A DNA stretch of 20,000 nucleotides, from NCBI GenBank assembly GCA_010015585.1, contig ML975154.1; one strand, given 5' to 3'. Position 1 is the stretch's first letter; each line of letters starts with the position of its first letter. Shown here one piece after another: positions 10,120-20,000 of this stretch. The position numbers were made by a program, and so were the translations under genes. The notes under the pieces were generated by a model that saw nothing but the letters and a program-made list of their open reading frames with translations, searched no databases and was not told the DNA's origin. This DNA is from Eremomyces bilateralis CBS 781.70 (taxonomy: Eukaryota).

Positions 10120-11036
10120 CGGATACATGCACAGAACTGCTGCTCATTTTGAAACTTGGTTTGCACATTATGAAGAACTCGACGGGAAGGAAATATGACA
10201 ACACATGAACAGAATAGAACAAGATGATACGCAAGCGCCTGTACAAATGGACGTGGATCTCCAGATCAAGCCTTGATGAGGTGCCTTCAACTAGTTCCAA
10301 GGCCCAACATAATGTGATCAAAATCCTTCCAGCCAACAGCCAGCCAACATAGAACCTATTCCCAATTGAATATTCTCCGAAAGCATACGATATCCTAATT
10401 ATAGGACGTGAGATGGAAGATGCAAGATTAAACCTGAAATCTCAACTAGTTAGCGAAAAGTTCGATCTTGAGAGATGCAAAGGCTTTGAGAGATTGATAG
10501 ATATTCAGTCATCCAAGGAAGGAATTCGGCAATCAGCGTTGTCATGAAATGGGTTCAAGCGACAACTATTGTGGAAACTGCGAATGTGGAAAAGATTTCA
10601 TCACTAGAGTAGACGAAGGTGTAGAAAAGATGAGTAGTACTTACCAAAGTAGACAGACGACAGGCAATGTTCGAGTACAACCGCTCACATCTGCTCACAG
10701 TGTAACTTCAAGGTTCTCTCCACAGCCATATCGCACATAAGAAAGGCTGATGGAGAGTTGCTGAAGATGTTCCAAAGTGGTGGTGTGGACAGAAAAGTTT
10801 GTAGATGGGAGAGTTTGTTGCATGTAGAATTTTTTATTTACGCGCCTATGCTTAGTCAGGTAGAGAGCCTGGTGCACGTGATGAGGCTCGACCCACTCAC
10901 GCCATGATGTCAAGCCCCGAATAACACCGAACACAACGCCGAGGTGAGATTATGGAGAACAGCACGTTCAACGTCGCTTTTCGACTCCTTCAAGATCTCA
11001 ATTGAATCCCAAAATTCGATCAATTCAAAATTCAAC

Positions 11037-12004
11037 ATGGCTTCAAACGTGGTCAAGGCTATTAGCCGGTCGTCAAGAGTATCATTCTCCCCATTCTCTG
11101 CAATCAGGCCATTCCATACATCCCGAGCAAGATGGAACGTCAACGATCGAAAGAACGACACCCAGGAACAGTACACAAAGAATGAAACCGAGAAGCCGCT
11201 GAACCCGCACATGACGGGAACCAACTCGACCATCACGAACAAGATGCCCAAGGTCGGAAAGGACGTCCCGCCGCCCGAATTGATTTCGTCCGTCGACCCC
11301 AACTATACCCCGAAGGATTCGATTCCCGAAAATACGGAAAAGATGACGGGAGGAACACAGAAGGGCGATCCAAGGTATGATGCCACCGCACGAGAGCTCG
11401 GGGTTGGGGAAATCGAAGGAGCATCTTTCAGAGTGGAGCCATTGAGGAGGACCGGAGAAGACATTGCTACTACGCGTGCTCGTTTAATATGTCTGACCCC
11501 TTTTGGTTCGAGCTGCTTGAATTGGAATATACGCTAACCCGTTCTTCCAATACAGATCAAAGTAGAAAGCGAGGGACACTGGAGAGCGATCTCCTGCTCT
11601 CAACCTTCGCGGATGCAAATCTTGGTAGCATGTCCGCGGAGCAGCTACAGCAATACGACCGCTTCCTTGACGAAAACGATTGGGATATCTATTACTGGGC
11701 TACTCAAGAGCCGTCAACAACATCAACGAACACCGCCGAAGGTGCTCCTGAGACGGCAGCACCTGCATCCCAAAGCAGGGTGCAAGCCGACGCTCCTGCT
11801 TGGACCCCGGATTCCGGAGAATGGGCGCAGACGGTTGGACGTTTTCAACCGGCTTACAGGCCTGTGCCTCAGCGCTGGAAAGACTCCGAGGTTTTGGCGT
11901 TGCTGAGGCAGCACGTCAAGGATCGTAGTGCCGGAGGCAGCAAAAAGCAAACAGAACGAGGGAGTGGTCTTGGTTTCATGCCTGAGCTGAAACAGTTCAA
12001 TTAG
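11037..12004 (+). CDS. SDH5: Succinate dehydrogenase assembly factor 2 (Sdh5/Emi5), mitochondrial, about 300 aa; exons 11037-11490, 11556-12004
   Basis: Intron 11491-11555 (GTCTGA..GCTAAC..CAG) restores [24 protein letters not shown]...[17 protein letters not shown], the Sdh5 family signature. Arg/Ser-rich, acid-free N-terminal presequence ([33 protein letters not shown]). Confidence 0.95.
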
Positions 12005-12403
12005 ACCGGTACCATGGCCCCTTGTATATATCATGTCGATACATGTGCTCTATGTGTACAAACACTGTAAAATATCACTGAATTGGATCACCCTTTCCCC
12101 CTGCCCCACTAGTAGTGTTAACAAAGAAATGGGCAATGCTAGACGATTCTCGCTCTCTGCTGTGTTGTGGATGCTTATCACCAGCTCAGAACCATTAAGG
12201 GAATGGAAGGAGATATCAGTATCACTTGCTTCCACTCACCGCCAGCTAACATTCGCGATATTTAACTTCAAAACTCTTGCAGCATTTTATAATCTCAGAA
12301 CCTTCTATGCCAGCATAATCCCGATTGAGATCCGAAGAACTTGAAGACGAGCAGAAAATATCCCCGTTCGGTAACTTTTTACCGGAGCAACATCCTAGCG
12401 ACG

Positions 12404-13415
12404 ATGTCGTCTCGCGAAACGGCGGATTTAGACGGCTACATTAAGAAATGCCACCCCTTCTCCGCGCTCGATACAAAACGTCCAATATTCGGTCTGGGAC
12501 CCGAGCACCAGCCCCAACTTCAAAGATCCACGGGAAATCGGATCCTACTTTTTCCTGGCTGCTTCTACCCTCCTCATCCTGAACATGAGACGTTTCTCTA
12601 TCACACATACAAGAGCCTACAACGCATTCATGTTATCGCGGCGATAGTGCTACCCTTGTACGACGAAGAGATTAAATCGAAGTCCTGTGTCACGGGTGCG
12701 ATGAACCTACCGCTGACGAAAGAGCAGAGAGTTCGGCTGTGGAGAGGGGACGGACCACCCAAGGAGTGGTACTGGATTTATGATCGTAGCATACAAGAGT
12801 GGGATTCCTTTCGCTGTCGCCTTGCCGAATCCATTACTCAGGATGGCTTCGATGTCAAATTTACCGTATTATACGGACTGATGGATGCTTGCCCACCCTG
12901 GAAAGTCTGGGATTGCGATGAGATCGCTGTCAGCAATACTTGCGGACCTACCGACTTTTCTATTTACCATACTCGATCTTACCTAAGTGGAAGAAAGACT
13001 TGGGGTAGTTCCCACTGTGGAGCACAACAGCGTACAGAGTTCACGAGCTGGATTATACGCTCTATAAACGTGCTTAGGGGAAAGTCAACAGCCGGTTAGT
13101 ATAATCCTAGTGACTGAAAATCAGGCTAATTGAATTCTAGATGTGCGAGACATTGATCGATTAGTGAAAGAGGCACGCAGGAAGGCCCAGGACCTGGACA
13201 ATTGCATCATCCGAAGCGACCGTAAATGACACAGGATGTACTTCGACAGTAAAGGCATTATCGCACCTGGAGAACGCCCAGTGGTCAGCTCAAGATATAT
13301 TCGGCGGCTCATAGCCAGTTCCGACACCGAGACGCTTCGTGAAGAACTGGTCTCGATAGCCATAAACTTGCACATTCTCCTGCAGTTTATTATTGAAAGT
13401 CGACAGGCCATTTAG
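12404..13415 (+). pseudogene. HIGH-superfamily (NadD/NMNAT/cytidylyltransferase-like) nucleotidyltransferase gene with an in-frame stop; exons 12404-13094, 13141-13415
   Basis: ILLFPGCFYPPHPEH resembles the GSFNPPHxGH motif, and LTKEQRVRLW follows. Intron 13095-13140 (GTTAGT..GCTAAT..TAG) leads to exon 2 DVRDIDRLV...RK*HRMYF...VVSSRYIRRLIAS...AI*. The TGA at 13227-13229 precedes the SSTxIR-like motif. Confidence 0.65.
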
Positions 13416-13848
13416 ATCTGGAAAGATTGTGACCCACTGCACCTACACCTGTTGCATACCGAAATCCTATTTGCCTGTCTGGATTCACCTTCTTGTTGGG
13501 AGAGAGCGAAGCTTCGAAGACGATTTGTAGAATACTAAGTCCTGGTACTGGTACTTAAGTTAAGTACTCATGACGAATTCAAGGAAAGGAAACAGGTATA
13601 CATAGATATTCAACCGTGCTTGATCGTAAAAATGAAGCTTCGGCGACTCGCCTTGACACATCATTAACAGGGAGGGAGGGAGCGGAAATCCTTCCGCCGC
13701 TTGGCGGTCATCTCCCACGTAACCCCAACCTTCCAGCTCATTCAAACCGAAACTAATGATGTCGATCCAATCGACTTTATTGTTTCAACAGTGTCCATTC
13801 CGCGTCGCCAAGTTTTAATATTTCCTTATATAAAACAAAACCCAATCC

Positions 13849-15562
13849 ATGAGGTTGCTCCACACCGAGAGCTTCGAGCTCGAATGGTTTCCCGAAAATG
13901 GCGTCCCGCCATATGCCATCGTGTCCCATACCTCGGACTGGGACGAAGTTCTATTCTCAGATATGAGTTCCGGCCTTAGTTGGGGGGTGTCATCTAAGAA
14001 GGGGTTCCAGAAAATTGCACAATGCGCTCGCATGGCGAAGGCGTCCTATAACCTGGAGTGGCTCTGGATCGATTGCTGTTGTATCGACCGCGAATCTGAG
14101 GAGGAATTCGAAGAAGCAGTGAATTTCACGTTCATGTGGTATCAGCAAGCGACCGTCTGTTTTGTGTATTTGTCCGATGTCATCGTCCGACCCGCTTCCT
14201 CGTTTGAGCTGGATGCAGCGGATGCGAAATGGTTCACAAGAGGCTGGACCCTTCAGGAACTCATTGCGCCCCGGAATCTCGAATTCTACTCCGGCGATTG
14301 GACGTACATGGGCGAAAAGAGTGAGCATTTGGAGGTGCTGAAGAGGATCACCGGGGTTCCGCGTACGGTGCTCGAGAACGGGAATTTTGACGGGTTCAGT
14401 GTTGCTCAACGAATGTCTTGGGCAGCATGGAGGGAGACCAGCGTCCCAGAAGACATTGCGTATTGCCTGGTCGGGCTCTTCGAACTGAAGTGCAAGTTCA
14501 TCTGTCAGAGTGGAGAAGGTGCGAGTAAGGCAATGCACAGGCTCCAGGAGGAGATCTTCGAGCATTCCGAGGAGCAGTCCATCTTCGCTTGGAAAACTGA
14601 CACCTGTGATCCCTCCATTTACCGCTCTCTCTTCGCCGATTCCCCGGCGGAGTTCAAGGACTGTGGAGACATATCCATCATGTCTGATTCCTACCTTCCA
14701 CACGACATGGACGACATAGATTTCGGTCCTGGAGTCACTTTCCGAGGCTACTTCTGTTTGCACGACCCAGAGGGATTCTGCGCTTACCTTAATTGCGTAA
14801 GAGGAGGGCCTGAGGCTGCAGCAGACGAGATGCAACACCATCCCGTGATCCGGCTGATCCGGTTAGCGGCGCCGAAGGGTGGCATCAATCAAACATACCG
14901 GGTTGACGCTCATCGCCTTGATTATTGGGGAATCGCCGACGGCCATGGCGAAACCGCCACCGAATATGAACAAACCAAATCTGTAAAGGTAAAAGATTTC
15001 GACCCACCGGATGAGTTACCAAAGGCCTATCTATCAAACCGGAGCAAAGGGTTCTTGTTCCGCGACTTTTCAGGGGTTGGGAGGCAATATCACATCCAAC
15101 CTTGGTCCTACCCACCTGTTGGGGAAATCAGACGACTCCCGCCTCTGAATGGGCGAGGATCCAAGTTGTTTGTCCCTTTTCATGCGATTGAACCCTTCGA
15201 TAATGACGTTCCTCCCCATTATACCAAAGATATTATAATCGAGACCACGAGAACGGACGAGTTATCCATGTTTCATATAGCTTTGGAATTCCACCCAGGA
15301 AAGCCCGGACGACGTTGGCAGGACGGGAAGCTATGCAAGGAGACGATCCCCATGGTTTCGTTTGAATTCCACGCAGTCAAGGTAAATTCATTCTTCCTTT
15401 CTATCCTTCAAATATCTCATTTCGACTTAGGAAGACGGGGTGCTCTCTGATAAACTGAACGACATGGCGCATCCGTTTGCTCTTGAATGGAGAAGCGTAT
15501 TTGTCAATCACCAGATCTGGACCGCCGTTGATCTAACATTGAAGCCTGATATTGAAGACTGA
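13849..15562 (+). CDS. HET-domain (heterokaryon incompatibility, PF06985-type) protein, about 554 aa if intron 15382-15430 is spliced (533 aa ending at 15450 if not)
   Basis: MRLL...PPYAIVSHT, WIDCCCID, CFVYLSDV, WFTRGWTLQELIAP, RMSWAAWRETSVPEDIAYCLVGLF. Probable pyrimidine-rich 49-nt intron AAG|GTAAAT...TTAG (weak branch site) followed by an open 43-codon exon ending at TGA 15560-15562. Confidence 0.88.
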
Positions 15563-16157
15563 TATTTGATGGGACGCCTGGGATGAAAACAGAGGGTTGG
15601 GATCATCGACTTGCGCAAGCAGAAGGGATATACGGCGGCAATCATATATCTTTTGAGGTAGTGAAGGACGAAAAGAAGATACTAAAAGTCGTGCTTAGTG
15701 GATTTCCACGCCCCAGGAGGATGCTCCAGAGCCAAGGATTTCGTCCACAACGATTTCTCATAGTGGTATTTCATTGAGCTACTCCGACTCCCCCACTCGC
15801 TCCAGGTGCGCCTGACACTCTGGAGTTCCAGACTGCGACGAGGAGATCGTGTTTCTGCGGCCACGGCGGCCGGATAGTGTAGTCACTGCCGTGTAATTGC
15901 AAAACGGCCAGCAAGGGAGGCGGGTCGTATCACAGTTTCGAAGAATTCGAGAGCGTCAGCCCAAGCTTGGCGTCCCGTCCCAATGTTTGGAGAATTGGGA
16001 AGGGCGAGGGTCGAGGGAGCGGCAGATATACAGGAGGATGGTGGCTGCGAGCAGTTCTCTGGGTGCGTGGTAGGAGTTGAAAGTTGAGCATCCATTCAAG
16101 GATGGAGGATGGAAGCAAGGAGAGACCGCAGGATGTCGAAGGGACAAATCTAAGAAC

Positions 16158-16191
16158 CTAGATTGCCCCAAAAACTAGATTGCCCCTAAAC
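16158..16191 (+). repeat. 17-bp imperfect tandem repeat CTAGATTGCCCC(A/T)AAA(A/C) x2, plus a degenerate partial third copy
   Basis: ctagattgccccaaaaa at 16158-16174 and ctagattgcccctaaac at 16175-16191, followed by ctgattg. Confidence 0.7.
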
Positions 16192-16529
16192 CTGATTGTG
16201 ATGCCGGTTGAGCTTCATTGTTCGAAGAGGATTGAAGGGCTGGGGAAGTGCGTTAAGGTGAAGATATATTTCCTAAACTCTACAGCATTAAACGACCAGG
16301 TATCCCTCCAGTCCCTGGAGATGGCCACATTCAGAATAGCTGACTCAATATCCGGGATTATTTTATAAATATATTTGCGGACAGATGATTCAGTCCGTCT
16401 GGATAGTTCTCGATTATAAATGCAGTCTTTACCATTAGTGGCCATATGTACAAGAGTGACCCGAGTCCGAGGAGCACGGCACATCAATACCTCGTCATGC
16501 ATTCTAACCCTCCTGCTCCTCACCATCCT

Positions 16530-17585
16530 CTACTGCAAATAGTCCCCATTTGTCTCCTTATGAATCACATCAAACAATGGTTTCGCGCTGAAATACCCCG
16601 CCATCGGCGTCCCAACTGTCCTATACGTCGCCATCGCCTCCTCATGCCCGATCTTCACCGTCGCCCCACCGCGGCCCCCGGCGGCGGCGTCGGCAAGCAA
16701 CTGCGCGTGGCAGCACCGGTCCATCGACACGAACCAGAAAACGGCCTCTTCGATGGTGCCGCCGGCGGTCAGCAGGCCATGATTTTGCAGGAGGGCCGCC
16801 TTGGCGGTGCCGAGGGTGGCGGCGATGTCCTTGCCTTCTTTCTCAGCGAGGACGACGCCGTTGAAGGTGGAGTAGAGTACGTGGTCCTGGAAGGAGTCAG
16901 TGCAGATTCGCTACCTCGCTCATATCGTTCATTGCTTGGTATATCTTGCGCTAGGCGAAAGGGAATCAGGGGCAACACAGCCACATACCTCATAAAACGC
17001 GCATGAATCCTGCGTGATGCAATCCAGCGTCCTGCCCAGCGTGCAGAAGCTGCGTCCGTAGATGCTGTGCGAGTGTGCCGCGGCGTTTACATCCGGCCGT
17101 GCTTCGTGGACGGCGGAGTGGATCATGAAGGCGGCGGAGTTGAGCAGCCGGCATTCGCCGCCGTCGATGACCTTGCCTTCGTGCGAGACGAGGAGCAGGT
17201 CGCTTTTCTTGATCAGGTTGAAGGAGATGCCCATGGGGTTGACCCAGAAGCTGGTCTTGTCGACAGGATCCTGGGGAATGGGTCAGCCTTCGAGAAGGGA
17301 TAGTTAGGGGGTTTGGTGGAGGGCGGCGGGGGGTTGGTGGCGTCTTACCCTCACTGTAATGTGTCCAGCGACGCCCTCGTCGAAGCCGAATTTCCCGAAA
17401 ATTCGGAATGCAGCAGCAAGTCGACCTTTCAGGTAGTCTCTCTCTTTGTACGGGTCATCGAACTTTAGTGGCCCCGTGATACCGGGCATCACCACGCGTT
17501 CCTGCTTGACGCCTGGGTTGACAGTGACGCTGACGGTGGGTCCATCGTCGATCCCGAGATCTTGGGTTGCAGCTGGCGGAGACAT
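16530..17585 (-). CDS. Class II aldolase/adducin-family protein (Mug14-like), about 291 aa; exons 17585-17349, 17270-16989, 16886-16530
   Basis: LAAAFRIFGKFGFDEGVAGHITVR|DPVDKTSFWVNP...IHSAVHEARPDVNAAAHSHSIYG...QDSCAFYE|DHV...LLQNHGLLT; metal-binding HxH and NHG present. Phase-0 introns 17271-17348 (GTAAGA..GCTGAC..CAG) and 16887-16988 (GTATGT..CTGAC..CAG). Confidence 0.93.
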
Positions 17586-17680
17586 GATGGGGAGGATTTA
17601 CGAACGAGATAGTCAATGGGATACTGAAAAGACAGACGAAGAAATAGAGGCTCAGAGGCGTGGACTTGAGGAGTTACCGG

Positions 17681-17690
17681 TATATAATAA
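17681..17690 (-). promoter_or_regulatory. Candidate TATA box of the aldolase gene
   Basis: TTATTATATA on the minus strand about 100 bp upstream of the ATG, followed by a pyrimidine-rich leader. Confidence 0.4.
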
Positions 17691-18694
17691 ATCTTGGTCA
17701 GATAGAGGTGAATAATCTGTTAGCACAGGAATGGGGAGTATTACTTCCGAGTAGCCGTTACGAGAGGGGGGTTATCTTTAAGAACTTTCTGACTGATAGA
17801 TCTGTATCTAGAGTTAAAGAGTGAACATGATCATCTTCTCCTCAATCTGCAAACAAGGCAATGCCGACGTGGATGGAGTGGTGCGGGGCTCTGCCGACGA
17901 CCAGCCAAATCATCTGCATTCTGGTTGGTCTGACGAAGTCATAGTGTGGGGTAAGACATCGCCGTAAAATAGCCTCAGGCAACTATTCCCAACGCCGCTA
18001 AGTGGCGCTTACAGATAATGAGGATTCGTCGTTGGTGAATGGTGATGGTAAGTGGAATATCCTGAGGCCACCTTCCCTTATGGCGTTGGTGGTTGAAGGG
18101 AAAAGGGGTCCTTTTTGATCCGGAATGTCGGACTGTGCCATGGCAATTGAATTAGGGTCCGTTCGCTGCAAAGCCAACCTCGACCCTCGTCAAGGGATCA
18201 ACCTCTGTCCTGGAGCTCTTCAACTACCAGACGGCCAACTCCGTCTCGCATCGCATACCTATCTTAGGTCCTATATCGCTCGGCAAAGTTTCAGCAGGAA
18301 AGCAGAGGGAGTAGGAAGCCTCGGTGTAAGAAAGGTGTCGATTGGGCTGCTATTTGAAGGGTCCGATACGGCCCCTGGAACGCGTCGGTTACTAGCCGGT
18401 GTCGGCGCGTCGTTAGCCATGTTAGCCATCCGTATTCCTCCCGATATCGTTCAAAGCAGATGGGAAGTCCAGGAATGCGTTGGTCGTGGACTCTCTGGAC
18501 GGGTTGCTTTCTGTATTGGGAGTGATCACGTTTTGGGCAGTGGTTTGGATGAGCTTGGGTGAGGAAACGTCCAGTTCTATTGCCCTAGCAAGAAATGATT
18601 GATGTCTAGCAAGTTTTGGTTGAGATTAGTATGGTGTGGACTCATTTACTAGAAATACCTGCAAGACATTACTTACAAGCGGGGACAGTAACGA

Positions 18695-19135
18695 TCAGTT
18701 CATGTTGCCCGTACTACTGTAATCTTTGCGCAGCTTCCAATCTTCCCACTCATACCCCGGCGCACGATGATGCTTGTCATAACACAGCATGGCCCATAAC
18801 CAGATGGCATTCATGAAAGCCAATGAGTATAACATCGCGCCTAGCTTCAACGCATTTGGAAGCCCGGCCAGTCTGTATAGCAACACAGGTGACAGGACCT
18901 CCAGGCAGTAAGTATATATAGCCCTCAAGAGTAGAAAATGCAAAATAGGCATAGACTTTGGTAGGTCCATATCTGCCAAGCTTACATGGGGCATCACTCT
19001 CACTTGGGTGGGGAAATCTGGGATGGTGGGCATGAGTCCACGAGACCCCCGATCCATCGTCCGGGACGAGACGAGAACCACTCCCATTCCACAGGACAAA
19101 GCAACATGCAGATCGGAAAGTTCGGTGTGCCTCAT
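18695..19135 (-). CDS. Possible small membrane protein (hypothetical); true start and exon structure uncertain
   Basis: 146-codon ATG-initiated ORF. The 3' half has two hydrophobic segments followed by a protein-like tail CYDKHHRAPGYEWEDWKLRKDY. No family recognised. Confidence 0.4.
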   Translation of the reverse strand: MRHTELSDLHVALSCGMGVVLVSSRTMDRGSRGLMPTIPDFPTQVRVMPHVSLADMDLPKSMPILHFLLLRAIYTYCLEVLSPVLLYRLAGLPNALKLGAMLYSLAFMNAIWLWAMLCYDKHHRAPGYEWEDWKLRKDYSSTGNMN

Positions 19136-19662
19136 AGTTGATACTTCTTCAAGCCGTTATTACGGATACGAGGTCAATAACCTTGGGCTGCTTCTCACAT
19201 GACCGTTATCTGCTGATTGCTGAAGGCTGAAGCTGGTTGATTACTCATGGAAAGGCAATCCCCAATGGTGGCAATGGAATCAACTCCAGAAAATGCCGCA
19301 TATTTCTGGACCGACAACTGGTCAATTTAAAAGCATCCAATGGTTACCACGCCATCTTTATGTGAGTCTGTGAGAGAGAATGCAATGGACATGAAGGGTA
19401 CGGAAATAGAACGGGATGCGGGGCACCGAAATAATCCATCCCTTGACATTCGATGGGCCGGATCAATCGTCTCTGAAGGGAATAGCGTCGACATATTGAC
19501 ATCCACGCCCTACGCAACCTGCATGCCCAGTTTTCCAGAACTGCGACCAAAACGCCTTGCAGTGCTGGGCATGACCAGAATCGCGCATGTTCATGTTCAC
19601 GTCGGTCTAGCAGCTTCGTCGAATTCTCCATCACCGCTGCCTGTTGCCAGTAGGGCTGGACA

Positions 19663-19790
19663 CGAATATTCGATTACGAATATTCGTACGAATATTCGTA
19701 GTCGAATACGAATAAAATTTAGAATTTCCGCTTACTAATATTCGTACGAATAATATTCGCATTATTCGTAATTATTCGTAATTATTCGTA
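19663..19790. repeat. Subterminal repeat array of the hAT element
   Basis: CGAATATTCG palindromes at 19663-19672, 19677-19686 and 19689-19698; ATTATTCGTA x3 at 19761-19790; further CGAATA/TATTCG half-sites between. Confidence 0.92.
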
Positions 19791-19801
19791 AATCTCTGAA
19801 G

Positions 19802-19999
19802 CTATTTCCATGTATCTCGCAGCATCATAAGACGCCTCATAGTCTCTGCACTCATTGAGCTCCTCCGCACTCCTAAGAGATCTCTTCCCCCACTGAACAG
19901 TCTTTCGACTGATACCCCAGATGCTGGTATAGCCAAATAATCTCTGGCAGCTGCAGCCATACGTGGGTACTCATGGTAATGAGACCTCCACCAAGAGAG
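19802..19999 (-). CDS. hAT transposase C-terminal dimerisation domain (partial)
   Basis: Manual translation: LSWWRSHYHEYPRMAAAARDYLAIPASGVSVERLFSGGRDLLGVRRSSMSAETMRRLMMLRDTWK*. This matches the WW...YP.L...A..YL.IPA.S...ER.FS hAT signature. Not in the ORF track. Confidence 0.93.
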   Translation of the reverse strand, partial: LSWWRSHYHEYPRMAAAARDYLAIPASGVSVERLFSGGRDLLGVRRSSMSAETMRRLMMLRDTWK

Positions 20000-20000
20000 C

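Larger units (their letters stand above)
19651..20000 (-). mobile_element. 3' end of a hAT-superfamily DNA transposon (continues beyond the window)
   Basis: Sharp boundary at TAGGGCTGGACACGAATATTCG (TAG-starting end typical of hAT TIRs), then subterminal TACGAATA/TATTCGTA repeats, then the transposase C-terminus. Confidence 0.88.

Noticed and set aside
9457..10900. WetA autoregulatory element CCGYTTGCGGC
   Set aside because: I could not find a match on either strand by eye.
13222..13234. GTAAATGACACAG as a micro-intron removing the TGA
   Set aside because: 13 nt is too short for a spliceosomal intron and removal would shift the frame.
13990..14841. 283-aa antisense ORF
   Set aside because: Lies wholly opposite the HET CDS, is codon-aligned with it and has no motif; a shadow ORF.
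15583..16171. Several 60-71 aa ORFs between HET and the aldolase
   Set aside because: Short, overlapping, no motifs or consistent splice structure.
16446..17307. Plus-strand ORFs (186, 81, 78 aa)
   Set aside because: Antisense shadows of the GC-rich aldolase exons.
18125..18562. 145-aa plus-strand ORF
   Set aside because: No recognisable motif; codon-aligned with an open minus frame, and neither can be confirmed as coding.
19340..19738. 132-aa plus-strand ORF
   Set aside because: It runs across the transposon boundary into the subterminal repeats (ITNIRTNIRS), so it is a chance chimeric frame.
19880..19900. Suspected frameshift in the transposase at the G run
   Set aside because: Recount gives five G (AGT GGG GGA AGA); the frame is intact.

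Overview
Filamentous ascomycete (Pezizomycotina, probably Eurotiomycetes) genomic DNA with mostly short 45-65 nt GT-AG introns. In order: the 5' end of an unknown minus-strand gene; a divergent 3-exon GEN1/Yen1 Holliday-junction resolvase; a 41-bp tandem repeat; a 3-exon putative transcription factor with only half a Zn2Cys6 cluster; intronless wetA (minus) with five AbaA-type CATTCY sites and three small upstream ORFs; divergent SDH5/SDHAF2; an accessory-looking pair of a HIGH-motif (NadD/NMNAT-like) nucleotidyltransferase gene broken by one in-frame TGA and a HET-domain gene; a 3-exon class II aldolase/adducin gene (minus); a possible small membrane-protein ORF; and, at the right edge, the end of a hAT DNA transposon (intact dimerisation-domain frame, palindromic subterminal repeats, probable TIR). 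The most interesting leads are the nucleotidyltransferase + HET pair, the Zn-cluster-like intron, the wetA regulatory architecture and the apparently young hAT element. All calls come from reading the sequence; no searches were run.
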